Positions 28,121 through 37,361 of a stretch of DNA of 64,000 bases are shown here, piece after piece (position 1 is the stretch's first letter; each line of letters begins with the position of its first letter). The translations under genes were made by a program, and so were the position numbers. Source of the stretch: Patescibacteria group bacterium (GTDB lineage Bacteria > Patescibacteriota > Microgenomatia > Levybacterales > UBA12049); NCBI GenBank assembly GCA_026004395.1, contig BPJB01000001.1:584910-648909 (forward strand), in the 5' to 3' direction. Below the pieces are notes generated by a model that worked only from the letters and a program-made list of their open reading frames with translations, ran no database searches and was not told the origin of the DNA.

Positions 28121-28559
28121 GCATCGCTTGATTATAGCTAAAAAAGGAGACAAGAAGCAATATTTTAGCATTCTAAGCTAATCTTATTTTACCAAAGGAC
28201 AGAGCAAATTACATCACAAATCTAATATAAGATTTAACATTTTTGTTATAATTTTGCATATGCTACTTAGCGTATTGGTGAAGCCAGCTCAAAAATATCC
28301 CGTAATTGCCTGGAATGGAAGTTCAATCGTTATAAAGCTGAAATCACCCCCCAAAGATGGAGCAGTAAATAAAGAACTATAGAAAAACTTGCAGATTTTT
28401 TCGATATTCCCAAAGGAAAAGTAGATATTCTCTCAGGAGCAACAAGTCGCAACAAACGAGTGATAATAGATCTCGATGAAGCAACAATACTAAAAAACTC
28501 TCTACCATCCACGCAAACAAATAATTTTCTAAAAACTAAAAAGGATACTCTGATGAATA

Positions 28560-29132
28560 TCATGTAAGAATAGGGGAGGATGCGCTATCCTCAAGAATCA
28601 AATATCCATCCTCCGTAGGTGTTTTGTCTGCTGAAAAATAATAGCGGATTCCAAAATGCTTAAGAGATTTAGCTATTACTTCTCTTAGCTGGACAACTGT
28701 ATTGCTATTGCTTCTCACAATCTTGAATGCATCCTCAACAATCTTATGAGCAATCCTTGCATCAATTATCTGAAGAGGATCTTTGCCAGTTAACATATGT
28801 ACTCCTCCTTTATCGATCATAACTAGTGCGTTGTATGAATTTTGCGCATAAGCTAGTATATCTGCCTCCGAGATAACAGTAGTTGGAAGATGATTTATAT
28901 CATCTGATGTAGGATGAGTATGAATAAGAGCAAGATTTCTTATACGTGGATCCAAACTCTTAAATCCATGCGGAAGAAATGGAAGACGAAAAGAGGGAGG
29001 ATGTTTGGTATTATTACCATAACAATGTTGCTCTCCTAATCCTGCAAAAATCCTGCTGGTAAGTAACTTTTGACCATCATAAGAAACCATTAATCCATGT
29101 TCTCTTCCTGATGTATGCGTTTGTTGTAACAT
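28560..29132 (-). CDS. Hypothetical protein with a JAB/MPN (JAMM)-like metal motif (RadC-like spacing variant).
   Basis: LALIHTHPTSDDINHLPTTVISEADI gives HxH...SxxD with a longer spacer than the canonical Hx H x7 S xx D. A Glu is present upstream. The assignment is uncertain. Confidence 0.35.
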   Translation of the reverse strand: MLQQTHTSGREHGLMVSYDGQKLLTSRIFAGLGEQHCYGNNTKHPPSFRLPFLPHGFKSLDPRIRNLALIHTHPTSDDINHLPTTVISEADILAYAQNSYNALVMIDKGGVHMLTGKDPLQIIDARIAHKIVEDAFKIVRSNSNTVVQLREVIAKSLKHFGIRYYFSADKTPTEDGYLILEDSASSPILT

Positions 29133-29460
29133 TTCTTCCCAATATTTTTGCGCCAGTTGATCGCGTGGAATACGGATAAATGAGGGAAGTAAATAGCCTT
29201 TCTTTTCTTGACGAAGATCTAATATTTGATGTTGCTGATTAATATATTCCGTGCTTTGCTGATATCTTCCATCTATAGTATACTCAACAAATCAATGATC
29301 TTTGCTATCAATAGAGAAAGCACCCCAAAATTAGAGGAAATAAACAAATATATCTTCGTGCAGTAAAAATACTAAATGCTGTAATAATACACTTTGCACA
29401 AAATTTTTTAGCGCTGGACTAGCTGGAGCGCGGATAAGTCAATTCCGAACAATTTAGTTT

Positions 29461-29545
29461 TGGTGCGGATGAGAGGACTTGAACCTCCACGCCTTACGGC
29501 ACAGCCACCTCAAGACTGCGTGTATACCAATTTCACCACATCCGC
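29461..29545 (-). tRNA. tRNA-Leu (anticodon GAG), type II, CCA encoded.
   Basis: Minus-strand sequence: GCGGATG-TG-GTG-AAATTGGTATAC-AC-G-CAGTC-TTGAGGT-GGCTG-TGCCGTAAGGCG-TGGAGG-TTCAAGT-CCTCT-CATCCGC-ACCA. Confidence 0.75.
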
Positions 29546-29755
29546 TCGCTTACAATATAAACACATTAAGAAAGAGTCTTAACAATTATTTCTCTTAGGA
29601 TAGAACAAATTATAACATTTTTTGGCAAGATCCTAAAGAGATTAACCAAAGAATAATTTAAAACAAAAAAAACGCCGAAATCAACAAATATTGAAATATC
29701 AAATATCTATAATTGGGATTTAGTATGACTCTTGATTTATGATTTATAGATTATT

Positions 29756-31753
29756 CTAATAAACTGCTTTTTGTTCATTTGGAAATAAGTCGAAAATTAA
29801 CATTCTAGCCGGCAAATGTTTTATCATCATCACTTTTTCCCCATCTGGAGAGAATTTAACATTATATACTATTGTTGTTCCTGTATCATATTCTGCTATC
29901 ACGAAAGAATTTCCCTGATGGTTAGTCACTTCTGAAGAGATCACCTTCATCTTGCTACCCTCTGATATTACCAGCATCTTACCATCCGGAGAAAAGTCTG
30001 CTTCACGAATTGTTTCCCCCCAATTACGATATTTCGCTATCACTTTAGGCTTGCCTATCACATTCTTCTCTGTTAGAGAGATAATATTCAAGATGTTATT
30101 ACTTTTTATTGCCACTTTTTGACCATCAGGAGAAAAAGCAAGTACATGAACATTTTTTCTGAACTTGCTCTTGAGGTCATGCTCAGCTATCACTCTAGGA
30201 TAGCCTTTATCATCCTTTTCTGTTAAAGAAATAACTTTTACCACACCATTTATAATCATTAACAACCTTGAACCGTCAGGAGAAAAATGTACTTTTGAAA
30301 TCGATTCTCCGAAATTATACTCAGCAAGCACTTTAGGCTTACCTTCATCATCCTTCTCCACTAGAGAAATAAGTTGCATTTCTCCACCACTAGAGAATAT
30401 TAACAGATTGCAACCATCTGGAGAAAATTTAGCATTAAAACCCCATTCTGCCCATTTTGGGATATCAAACTCAGCTATTATTTCAGGCTTACACTCATCC
30501 TCCTTTTGTGTTAAAGAGATAACTTGTAATCTATTAGTAGAATTATTTATTAATAATACCCTCTCAACATCAATAGAAAGAGTAGAGAAAGTGACTTCAG
30601 GACATTCCGGGGCATACTCAGCAAGCACTTTAGGCTTACCCTCATCATCCTTTTGTGTTAGTGAGATTAGTTGTATTTTTTTACCATAGGCAATTATTAC
30701 CTTTTCACCATCAGTTGAAAAATTACTAAGATTAATGAATAATTTTTCAAAGTCGGGTAAAATATTATCATTTTCTGCAAATATATTTTCTCTAGTTGCT
30801 AGATCATTGATATTATAGATCCTAAAATCATTACGTTTTCCTAAGAGATCAAATAGACTATAAAATCCTTCTTTTACTTTTTTCTCAAGATCATGACCTT
30901 GAATGTATGAGAGCACAACATTTGTCCGATGGAAATTTCCAATATATGCAATTTTTGTAATTTCTGCTTCTGTACTTTCATTTTCTTCTTTTAACTTATT
31001 AGTAAATTCTACTAGATTTTCTGCAGTGCGAATATCTATATAATTAGTAGCATCAGCCAATAATTTATCAGCCAAATTATAATTTGGGTTGGACAGTGAT
31101 CGATAACTTAAAAGAGATTTGATTAAAGACTTATCTCTTTCACTAATATAGACAAGAGGCAAGATGATTCCACACTGCTTTAAAAATTCATTACGATTCA
31201 TTTTTCCTCTTACTGTCTTATATACCAATCGGAAAGAATTATAATCATTCGCATAATTTAGAAATGAATTTAAAATCATGTATAAATTTCCCTCTGGATT
31301 AATACATCCAATCATTTTTCCAGTATATTTGTAATGACTTAATATTGTCTTATAAAGATTATCATAAAAATCAAATTCACGTTCTTTAAGACTACTTATC
31401 TGCGATGCATTAAATCCACCTGGTTCGTATTCTGTTTCATATGGTATATATCGCAACAAAACGATTTCTGCCCAATCAACAATTTCTTTAATCTTTTCTT
31501 TAAGCTCATCTTCTTTCAATGTTCCTACTAATTCTATTTGGCTTTTTTTGTCATCATGAAGACCTAAAAATTTAATTATGCACCCATTGAGCTTTAATTC
31601 AGATTCTATATATTCGGTTTGTTCGTAATATTTCTCCTCGTCGTTTGTCCTTGTGCTTTCTGCTTTTTCTCCAAACTTAAGAGTCAAAAAATCGCGACGA
31701 CCCAAAGATTTCTGAACTAAAGGATGTTGTAAAGCTTGTATTTCTCTTTCCAT
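29756..31753 (-). CDS. Cytoplasmic 665-aa protein with an unassigned N-terminal domain of about 350 aa followed by a 6-bladed beta-propeller built from FSPDG-type repeats (PD40/WD40-like).
   Basis: Six repeats of about 50 aa match the pattern (V/I)ISLT(E/Q)KDDEGKPKV(L/I)AEY...(K/V)xFSPDG(x)x(L/V)(L/M)(I/M). There is no signal peptide. The N-terminal half carries no recognisable motif. Confidence 0.6.
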   Translation of the reverse strand: MEREIQALQHPLVQKSLGRRDFLTLKFGEKAESTRTNDEEKYYEQTEYIESELKLNGCIIKFLGLHDDKKSQIELVGTLKEDELKEKIKEIVDWAEIVLLRYIPYETEYEPGGFNASQISSLKEREFDFYDNLYKTILSHYKYTGKMIGCINPEGNLYMILNSFLNYANDYNSFRLVYKTVRGKMNRNEFLKQCGIILPLVYISERDKSLIKSLLSYRSLSNPNYNLADKLLADATNYIDIRTAENLVEFTNKLKEENESTEAEITKIAYIGNFHRTNVVLSYIQGHDLEKKVKEGFYSLFDLLGKRNDFRIYNINDLATRENIFAENDNILPDFEKLFINLSNFSTDGEKVIIAYGKKIQLISLTQKDDEGKPKVLAEYAPECPEVTFSTLSIDVERVLLINNSTNRLQVISLTQKEDECKPEIIAEFDIPKWAEWGFNAKFSPDGCNLLIFSSGGEMQLISLVEKDDEGKPKVLAEYNFGESISKVHFSPDGSRLLMIINGVVKVISLTEKDDKGYPRVIAEHDLKSKFRKNVHVLAFSPDGQKVAIKSNNILNIISLTEKNVIGKPKVIAKYRNWGETIREADFSPDGKMLVISEGSKMKVISSEVTNHQGNSFVIAEYDTGTTIVYNVKFSPDGEKVMMIKHLPARMLIFDLFPNEQKAVY

Positions 31754-32865
31754 AGAATGGAATATTATAGGTTATTAAGTAATTTTAGTCAAATTATTAA
31801 AGAAACTTATTACATAAATTTCCATATAACTATAAGATATTTTATATATCATAACCAATGAATAAGATTTAAAACAACGGTTTTTATCTGTATTATCTAA
31901 ATATTTGTTTTCAATTCAAAGTATCTTAGGTGTTATCATATTTGCGAAAGCAATAGCGACTTCGGAATTTATTAATATATATTAGAATTAGATCAAAAAG
32001 GAGATATACTAGTTATTTTTTTTGATCTCAAAAATTGAAATTGAAAAAAGTGACTTTTATTATGAACTCATTTAGTCTACTTGTTTATGATTAGCAAGAT
32101 AAAGTTTGTCTTTTTATTGAATTGAATATTTATTCCACTTTCCAAAATCTTTTCCAATTTATCTATATATCATTTTCATAAAACTAGCCAAAAACCAGAA
32201 ATCTTCTCTCTTTCAACTGAAGGTAAAAGGGTACTACTAGTTTTTGGCTAATAATTTAATTAAAGTAAAAAACAAAAAAAATAAAATTAATCAAGTTAAA
32301 AAACTTTTTTTAATAATTTGCTTTTTCTAGAATTAATATGTTAGAGATATCTTTTCTACCATGGAAAATATAAAAAATTTAAAATTTATAGAACTAAAAC
32401 AATAACTCAAGTTTGAACTTAGCTCATGTTGTATTAGCGAAATTTGAATAACTGCAGCCAACTGTTGATAATGGCGGTCAAATCACAAGAAGTAATATAT
32501 ACAACGTATTTCTACAATCAAGCTCGAACCTATTTTAGCAATAATTGCTGACATAAACCAATCACTCCCATTGCCGCCAGCCGACATGCGGCAACCTGCC
32601 TCGCAGAAAACTTTTTCTACTGCTCTGATTATGCGCACGACAACAAGAAATTCTCTAAAGAAAGTTTTTCTGTTCTGCTCTGCGCTGAATTATGAGTGTC
32701 GTGGCTTTACGCTTTCGGCTTGGCTGGATGGTTTTTTACGGTTATTGTATTTTTCTTATCCTTACCACACACTCCCGTCGCGAAAAAGATTAAGAAACTC
32801 CAAGTGTATAAAATACTCGTTGTGCTTTCTCTTCTTGTTTGTTATCATTTGAATGTATATTCAAA

Positions 32866-33175
32866 TATGAAAAAGGAAGAACTCAAAAAGGGACTCAAAA
32901 ATAAGCAAGCCATTCTCGCATGTGCGCGAGAATTCAACATGGTCGGCGACCCGACGCGCCTCAAAATCTGTTATCTCCTGTGCCGACACAAAGAGCTTTC
33001 GGTCAGCGAGATAGCAGAGGTTGTTGGAGTCTCAATTTCTGCTGTTTCGCATACACTGCGCAAGCTAAAAAAGGCGAATATGGTGGAAAGCCACCGGAAA
33101 TCACGCACCGTTTATTACCAACTAAAAAATAGAGGTATTGTTAATATTCTTAGACAAAGATTTGCCAATTTATGA
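32866..33175 (+). CDS. ArsR/SmtB-family metalloregulator, the first gene of the mer island. The track ORF 32696 start is an artifactual upstream extension.
   Basis: The HTH reads MVGDPTRLKICYLLCRHKELSVSEIAEVVGVSISAVSHTLRKLKKANMVES. The ATG at 32866 follows the local GC rise. Confidence 0.7.
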
Positions 33176-33534
33176 ACACACCAGAATCAAGGGTACAGCT
33201 AAAAAGAGTATATGACGATTTTGAAAGTACAGATGGATATAGAGTTCTTATTGACAGATTGTGGCCACGAGGCATATCAAAACAAAAAGCAAAAATAAAC
33301 CTTTGGCTGAAAGATATCGCACCAAGCAACGAATTAAGAAAATGGTTTTCTCATGATCCCCAAAAATGGGAAGAATTTACAAATCGTTATGAGGAGGAGT
33401 TGAAAGAAAAAGAAGATATTGTAAACTCTCTTAAAGAAATTATTGCCAAAGAAAAAATTGTCACTTTATTATTTTCTGCCTCTGATGAAAAACATAACAA
33501 CGCTGTCGCTTTGAAGAAAATATTAAAACTATGA
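33172..33534 (+). CDS. DUF488 (YeaO-like) protein.
   Basis: RVLIDRLWPRGISKQKAKINLWLKDIAPSNELRKWFSHDPQKWEEF matches the DUF488 consensus. The start overlaps the arsR stop. Confidence 0.7.
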   Translation: MNTPESRVQLKRVYDDFESTDGYRVLIDRLWPRGISKQKAKINLWLKDIAPSNELRKWFSHDPQKWEEFTNRYEEELKEKEDIVNSLKEIIAKEKIVTLLFSASDEKHNNAVALKKILKL

Positions 33535-34934
33535 AGACATTTGAACTTATTATTATAGGCGGAGGAGCGGGCGCATTTGCAGCTGCAATCAGAGCCAACG
33601 AACTGAAAGCCAAAACCGCTATGATTAACTCAGGCCTTCCATGGGGCGGTACCTGCGTCAATGTAGGCTGTGTTCCCTCAAAAACGCTTCTTTATGCTAG
33701 TGAAGTTTTATATCACGCAAAACATCATGGTGTAGCTGGTATTGAGCTTGAAATACAAAATTTTGATTTTCAAAAGGTAGTTGAGGATGAACTTTCACTT
33801 GTAGAAAAATTGCGCAATGAAAAATACGAAAAAGTACTGAAAAATTTAGAATATGTAACTGCGATTGAAGGCAGGGCAAAATTCGTTTCTCAGAATGAAG
33901 TAGAGGTAAATGGCGAAAAGTTGAGAGCTGAAAAATTTATCATTGCTGCTGGCTCTACTGCCAATGTTTCGCAAATTGAAGGAATACACGAAGTTGGATT
34001 TATTACACACATTGAAGCACTGCGACTTAATTATCAGCCAAAAGAATTAATTGTAATTGGAGCAGGGCCACTGGGATTAGAATTTGCCCAAATGTTTTCC
34101 CGCTTTGGCACAAAGGTAACAATTTTACAGCGCGGCGATTCAATTTTATCATATGCTGAAAAAGAACTCACTGATCGTCTATCAGAAATACTTTCAAAAG
34201 AAGGAATAACAATCAAGACACATGTTGAAGTAAAAAGCGCTCGCATAGAAGATACAAAAAAAGTTGTTTCCTATCATATAGGCAAATCGCAGGAGGAAGT
34301 ATCTGCAGACGAAATACTTGTGGCTACAGGTAAAACACCCAACACGCATGGACTGGGACTCGATATTGTTGAAGTTGAGGTGAATAAAACTTATGCAATT
34401 ATTGTTAATCAATACTTCCAAACCTCCAATCCGAACATCTTTGCTGTTGGCGATATCACCAATTTGCCACTACGCCTTGAAACAACTGCCGGACGAGAAG
34501 GCACGCTTGCCGCTGAAAACGCACTCAAAGGTACAACACTTTCAATTGACTATCACACCGTACCCTATACGATTTTTACCGACCCTCAGATTGCCGGAGT
34601 TGGCTTTACAGAGGAGAAGCTGATTAAACAAATAGGTGTTTGTGACTGTCGTACGACTTCATTTGCAGATGTACCAAAGGCAATTATCATGCGCCGCACA
34701 GAAGGTCTCATCAAAATGGTGATTCATCCCCAGACAAAGCAAATTTTGGGTGTCCATATTCTCGCACCAAACGCTGGAGAACTTATTGCCGAAGCGATGA
34801 TGCTCATAAAAAACAAAAATACAATTGATGATGTTGTAAACTCTTTGCCAATGTTTCCGACGCTTTCTGAAGCGATCAAAATTACCGCGCTGTCTTTTTC
34901 AAAAGACATTTCAAAATTAAGCTGCTGCATATGA
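33531..34934 (+). CDS. merA: Mercuric reductase core (MerA without the N-terminal NmerA/HMA domain).
   Basis: The FAD site is IIIGGGAGAF. The redox-active disulfide motif GGTCVNVGCVPSK matches MerA exactly. The C-terminus has a vicinal Cys pair (...KLSCCI), the MerA hallmark. The gene is followed by merT and merP. Confidence 0.75.
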   Translation: MKTFELIIIGGGAGAFAAAIRANELKAKTAMINSGLPWGGTCVNVGCVPSKTLLYASEVLYHAKHHGVAGIELEIQNFDFQKVVEDELSLVEKLRNEKYEKVLKNLEYVTAIEGRAKFVSQNEVEVNGEKLRAEKFIIAAGSTANVSQIEGIHEVGFITHIEALRLNYQPKELIVIGAGPLGLEFAQMFSRFGTKVTILQRGDSILSYAEKELTDRLSEILSKEGITIKTHVEVKSARIEDTKKVVSYHIGKSQEEVSADEILVATGKTPNTHGLGLDIVEVEVNKTYAIIVNQYFQTSNPNIFAVGDITNLPLRLETTAGREGTLAAENALKGTTLSIDYHTVPYTIFTDPQIAGVGFTEEKLIKQIGVCDCRTTSFADVPKAIIMRRTEGLIKMVIHPQTKQILGVHILAPNAGELIAEAMMLIKNKNTIDDVVNSLPMFPTLSEAIKITALSFSKDISKLSCCI

Positions 34935-35221
34935 AAAAGAGAATAATCAATTTTAAGCACGCAATTCCGAAAGATATTGAGGAAATTTTAGCGGCATCAC
35001 CAAAATTAAAAGCTAAGTGGGATAATCTCACCCAGTTAGCTCAAAATGAGTGGATTTGCTATGTAACAATAGTCAAGAATAGTAAAACCCGACAAAGACA
35101 CCTAAAACGATTAGAAGAAGATTTACTCAACGGCAAAAAGCGGCCATGTTGCTGGCCTGGTTGTCCTCACCGCAATCAAAATACCCAGAAATGGTTTTTA
35201 AAAACGTACAAAGATAACTAA
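34931..35221 (+). CDS. Small YdeI/OmdA-like protein (weak assignment) located inside the mer operon.
   Basis: The C-terminal motif RPCCWPGCPHR is present. Its position between merA and merT suggests an accessory role. The assignment rests on recall only. Confidence 0.3.
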   Translation: MKKRIINFKHAIPKDIEEILAASPKLKAKWDNLTQLAQNEWICYVTIVKNSKTRQRHLKRLEEDLLNGKKRPCCWPGCPHRNQNTQKWFLKTYKDN

Positions 35222-35263
35222 TTTTGACAACTAAAAATTTATTATCTAAGATGCAAGGATGAG

Positions 35264-35635
35264 ATGAAAGATAACGATAAAACATTTCTTAAAATCGGCA
35301 TTATAGGAGCATTTATCGCATCACTCTGTTGTCTTGGTCCTCTTATTTTGATTGCACTTGGAGTAGGAACTGCGGGAAGTGTGCTCTCAATCGGTTACAA
35401 CAAACAGTATTTCCTCGCTGGCTCGCTTCTGTTCTTTATCGCTGCCACATTGCTTTACCTCAGAAAGAGACAAAGGGAAATTTGTGAATGCGGGGATGGA
35501 TCAGGCAAAATCGATAATAAGAAAATTGGAGTACAAGTTCTGATTTCCCTTTGCGCGATGATTTTGCTGTATCTCTTACTTACATTCTTGCTGGTGCCAC
35601 TGCTTGCACCGCTGGTTTATAAATACCTTTACTAA
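35264..35635 (+). CDS. merT: Mercuric ion transport protein MerT.
   Basis: The first-TM motif IASLCCLGPLILIALG compares with ASACCLGPLVLIALG in Tn501 MerT. A second Cys pair occurs in a cytoplasmic loop (CECGDG). There are 3 TM segments. Confidence 0.7.
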   Translation: MKDNDKTFLKIGIIGAFIASLCCLGPLILIALGVGTAGSVLSIGYNKQYFLAGSLLFFIAATLLYLRKRQREICECGDGSGKIDNKKIGVQVLISLCAMILLYLLLTFLLVPLLAPLVYKYLY

Positions 35636-35638
35636 AAT

Positions 35639-36046
35639 ATGAACAAGAAAATTATTTTTATCGTAATTCCTCTAGTTTTGACTGGTATTATCATCTTGCG
35701 CCTGGCAACGAAAACTAATCAAGCAAACTCTACTCATGCTGTAAATATAAATAAATTGCGTCATGCTACGCTAAAGATTGACGGAATGTACTGTGCATCA
35801 TGTCCTTATAATGTGGAAAACGCACTCAAAGGTACAACAGGTGTTGTGAATGCAACTGTAGGCTTTGTTGGAAGAGAAATCATAAAGGGAATGGTGGAGG
35901 GCAGGGGTGAAGTTGTGTATGACAAAACTAAAACGAGTATAGATAAAATGATTCAGGCAATTTTGCCTTACAAAGGAACTGTATTGAAAGATGAAGCAAC
36001 ACAATCAACTGAGCTTACTCCTATCTCTAAAAACTTCAGTCTTTAA
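35639..36046 (+). CDS. merP: Membrane-anchored HMA-domain mercury-binding protein (MerP-like).
   Basis: There is an N-terminal TM anchor. The HMA motif LKIDGMYCASCPYNVENAL (GMxCxxC) is present. Confidence 0.65.
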   Translation: MNKKIIFIVIPLVLTGIIILRLATKTNQANSTHAVNINKLRHATLKIDGMYCASCPYNVENALKGTTGVVNATVGFVGREIIKGMVEGRGEVVYDKTKTSIDKMIQAILPYKGTVLKDEATQSTELTPISKNFSL

Positions 36047-36639
36047 TCGATCTCTCGAGCGTTTTTCAAAGCGCGAGCCCACCAGAGAAGTTGGATGATC
36101 ATGGCCTCAGCCTTATCTTTTTGCGCTGCAAATAATTCTTTCATATCCATTTTACCAAATAACACTTGGTAATATTGTTCGCCGGGAATGTGAACGGCAT
36201 TTCTGATTGGAGCCATTTGAAGCTCAATTACATTGAGGCGTAGTTGCTCAACAGCGCGCGCACCTCCGACGGTACCGTAGCTTACGAATGCAACCGGCTT
36301 GTTATTCCATTCTTGATACACCCAATCAAGCGCATTTTTAAGGACAGCGGATGTTCCATGATTATATTCTGGTGTCACAATTACAAAAGCATCGCCTTCC
36401 TCTATTTTTTTGGTGAAACGAGATACCGCTTCGTTTTTATATGGTTCTTGCTTGAATGACGGACTCATCGGCTCATTGAAAAACGGCATATCGTAGTCGC
36501 GCAGATCCAGCACCTCGACCGTAACGCCTTCCTGTTTCTTTATTTCTTCGGCAATCCATGCTGCGGCCTTGTCGCTGAAACGACCTTCACGAGTGCTGCC
36601 AACTATTACTTTGATTTGAATTGTTGCCTTGTTTTTCAT
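36043..36639 (-). CDS. NADPH-dependent FMN reductase (ArsH/ChrR-like flavoprotein).
   Basis: IKVIVGSTREGRFSDKAAAWIAEE ... VIVTPEYNHGTSAVLKNALDW is the flavodoxin-like FMN reductase signature. It is co-directional with, and 33 nt downstream of, an arsR gene. Confidence 0.65.
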   Translation of the reverse strand: MKNKATIQIKVIVGSTREGRFSDKAAAWIAEEIKKQEGVTVEVLDLRDYDMPFFNEPMSPSFKQEPYKNEAVSRFTKKIEEGDAFVIVTPEYNHGTSAVLKNALDWVYQEWNNKPVAFVSYGTVGGARAVEQLRLNVIELQMAPIRNAVHIPGEQYYQVLFGKMDMKELFAAQKDKAEAMIIQLLWWARALKNAREID

Positions 36640-36671
36640 AATTTTTATATTAAATTAAGAAATGAGCTTGT

Positions 36672-36968
36672 TTATATCTTTCCTTTTCTTCTCGGCTTGA
36701 GCTCCTCTGAAAGACGCTTGAGAAGCAAAATAGTATGTTCTGCGTTGAGCGTATAATGCACTTCCTGACCTTTACGCTCGTCTTTCACTAAACCCGTCTC
36801 TTTTAGAACGCGCAAATGCTGTGAGACGAGCGGCTGGGATTGCTTGGTTTTTTTAGCCAGTTCGCTAACTGTTTTTGGTCCGGAAAACAACGCCTCCACG
36901 ATACGATAACGTGGAATACTGCCAATGCCCTTACCGAATTTACTTATTTCTTCGCATAAATCTGTCAT
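36672..36968 (-). CDS. ArsR/SmtB-family transcriptional regulator.
   Basis: The HTH reads YRIVEALFSGPKTVSELAKKTKQSQPLVSQHLRVLKETGLVKDERKGQEVHYTLN. Confidence 0.7.
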   Translation of the reverse strand: MTDLCEEISKFGKGIGSIPRYRIVEALFSGPKTVSELAKKTKQSQPLVSQHLRVLKETGLVKDERKGQEVHYTLNAEHTILLLKRLSEELKPRRKGKI

Positions 36969-36991
36969 ACAATAAAAAGATATTAGAATAT

Positions 36992-37004
36992 TAGAATATT
37001 CTTA
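36992..37004. promoter_or_regulatory. Candidate ArsR operator: the palindrome tAGAATATTCTta, 24 bp upstream of the arsR start.
   Basis: agaatattct is a perfect 10-bp palindrome (36993..37002). It is preceded by the direct repeat attagaat-attagaat. Its position overlaps the likely promoter of the divergent arsR-FMN reductase operon. Confidence 0.35.
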
Positions 37005-37203
37005 TATAAAATGTCAAGATCCAATAATTATCTATCAACAAAACCATGTTTAAAAATATCAATTAGGTAGAAGAGAGGATGCGAAAAACGTATGTTGGAG
37101 AATTCCGCTACTGCTGTAAGTGAAGATGATTTCCCCTCTCACACAATTAGCAGGCTATACTTGTACTACAAAGGTGCATCTCAATAAAGGTGAAAATTTT
37201 TTG

Positions 37204-37285
37204 TGCCCAGAAGGAGACTCGAACTCCTAAGCCTTGCGGCACTGCCTCCTGAAGACAGCGTGTTTACCAGTTTCACCATCTGGGC
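37204..37285 (-). tRNA. tRNA-Leu (anticodon CAG), type II.
   Basis: Minus-strand sequence: GCCCAGA-TG-GTG-AAACTGGTAAAC-AC-G-CTGTC-TTCAGGA-GGCAG-TGCCGCAAGGCTT-AGGAG-TTCGAGT-CTCCT-TCTGGGC-A. Confidence 0.75.
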
Positions 37286-37361
37286 AATTCTTAAAGCATT
37301 GTAACAAAGGAGCCTAAACTTGACAACAACTGCTGGATTTGACATTATTAAAAATTAATAC

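Noticed and set aside
32500-32570. An att-site direct repeat for the mer island, matching the 3' end of tRNA-Leu(CAG).
   Set aside because: Only a 7-nt ctcgaac match was found at the left border. This is too short to support without computation, and there is no integrase.
32696-32865. The 159-aa ArsR reading from ATG 32696, with an N-terminal membrane segment.
   Set aside because: The extension spans the AT-rich to GC-rich boundary and has no ArsR counterpart. The ATG at 32866 gives a canonical ~100-aa ArsR.
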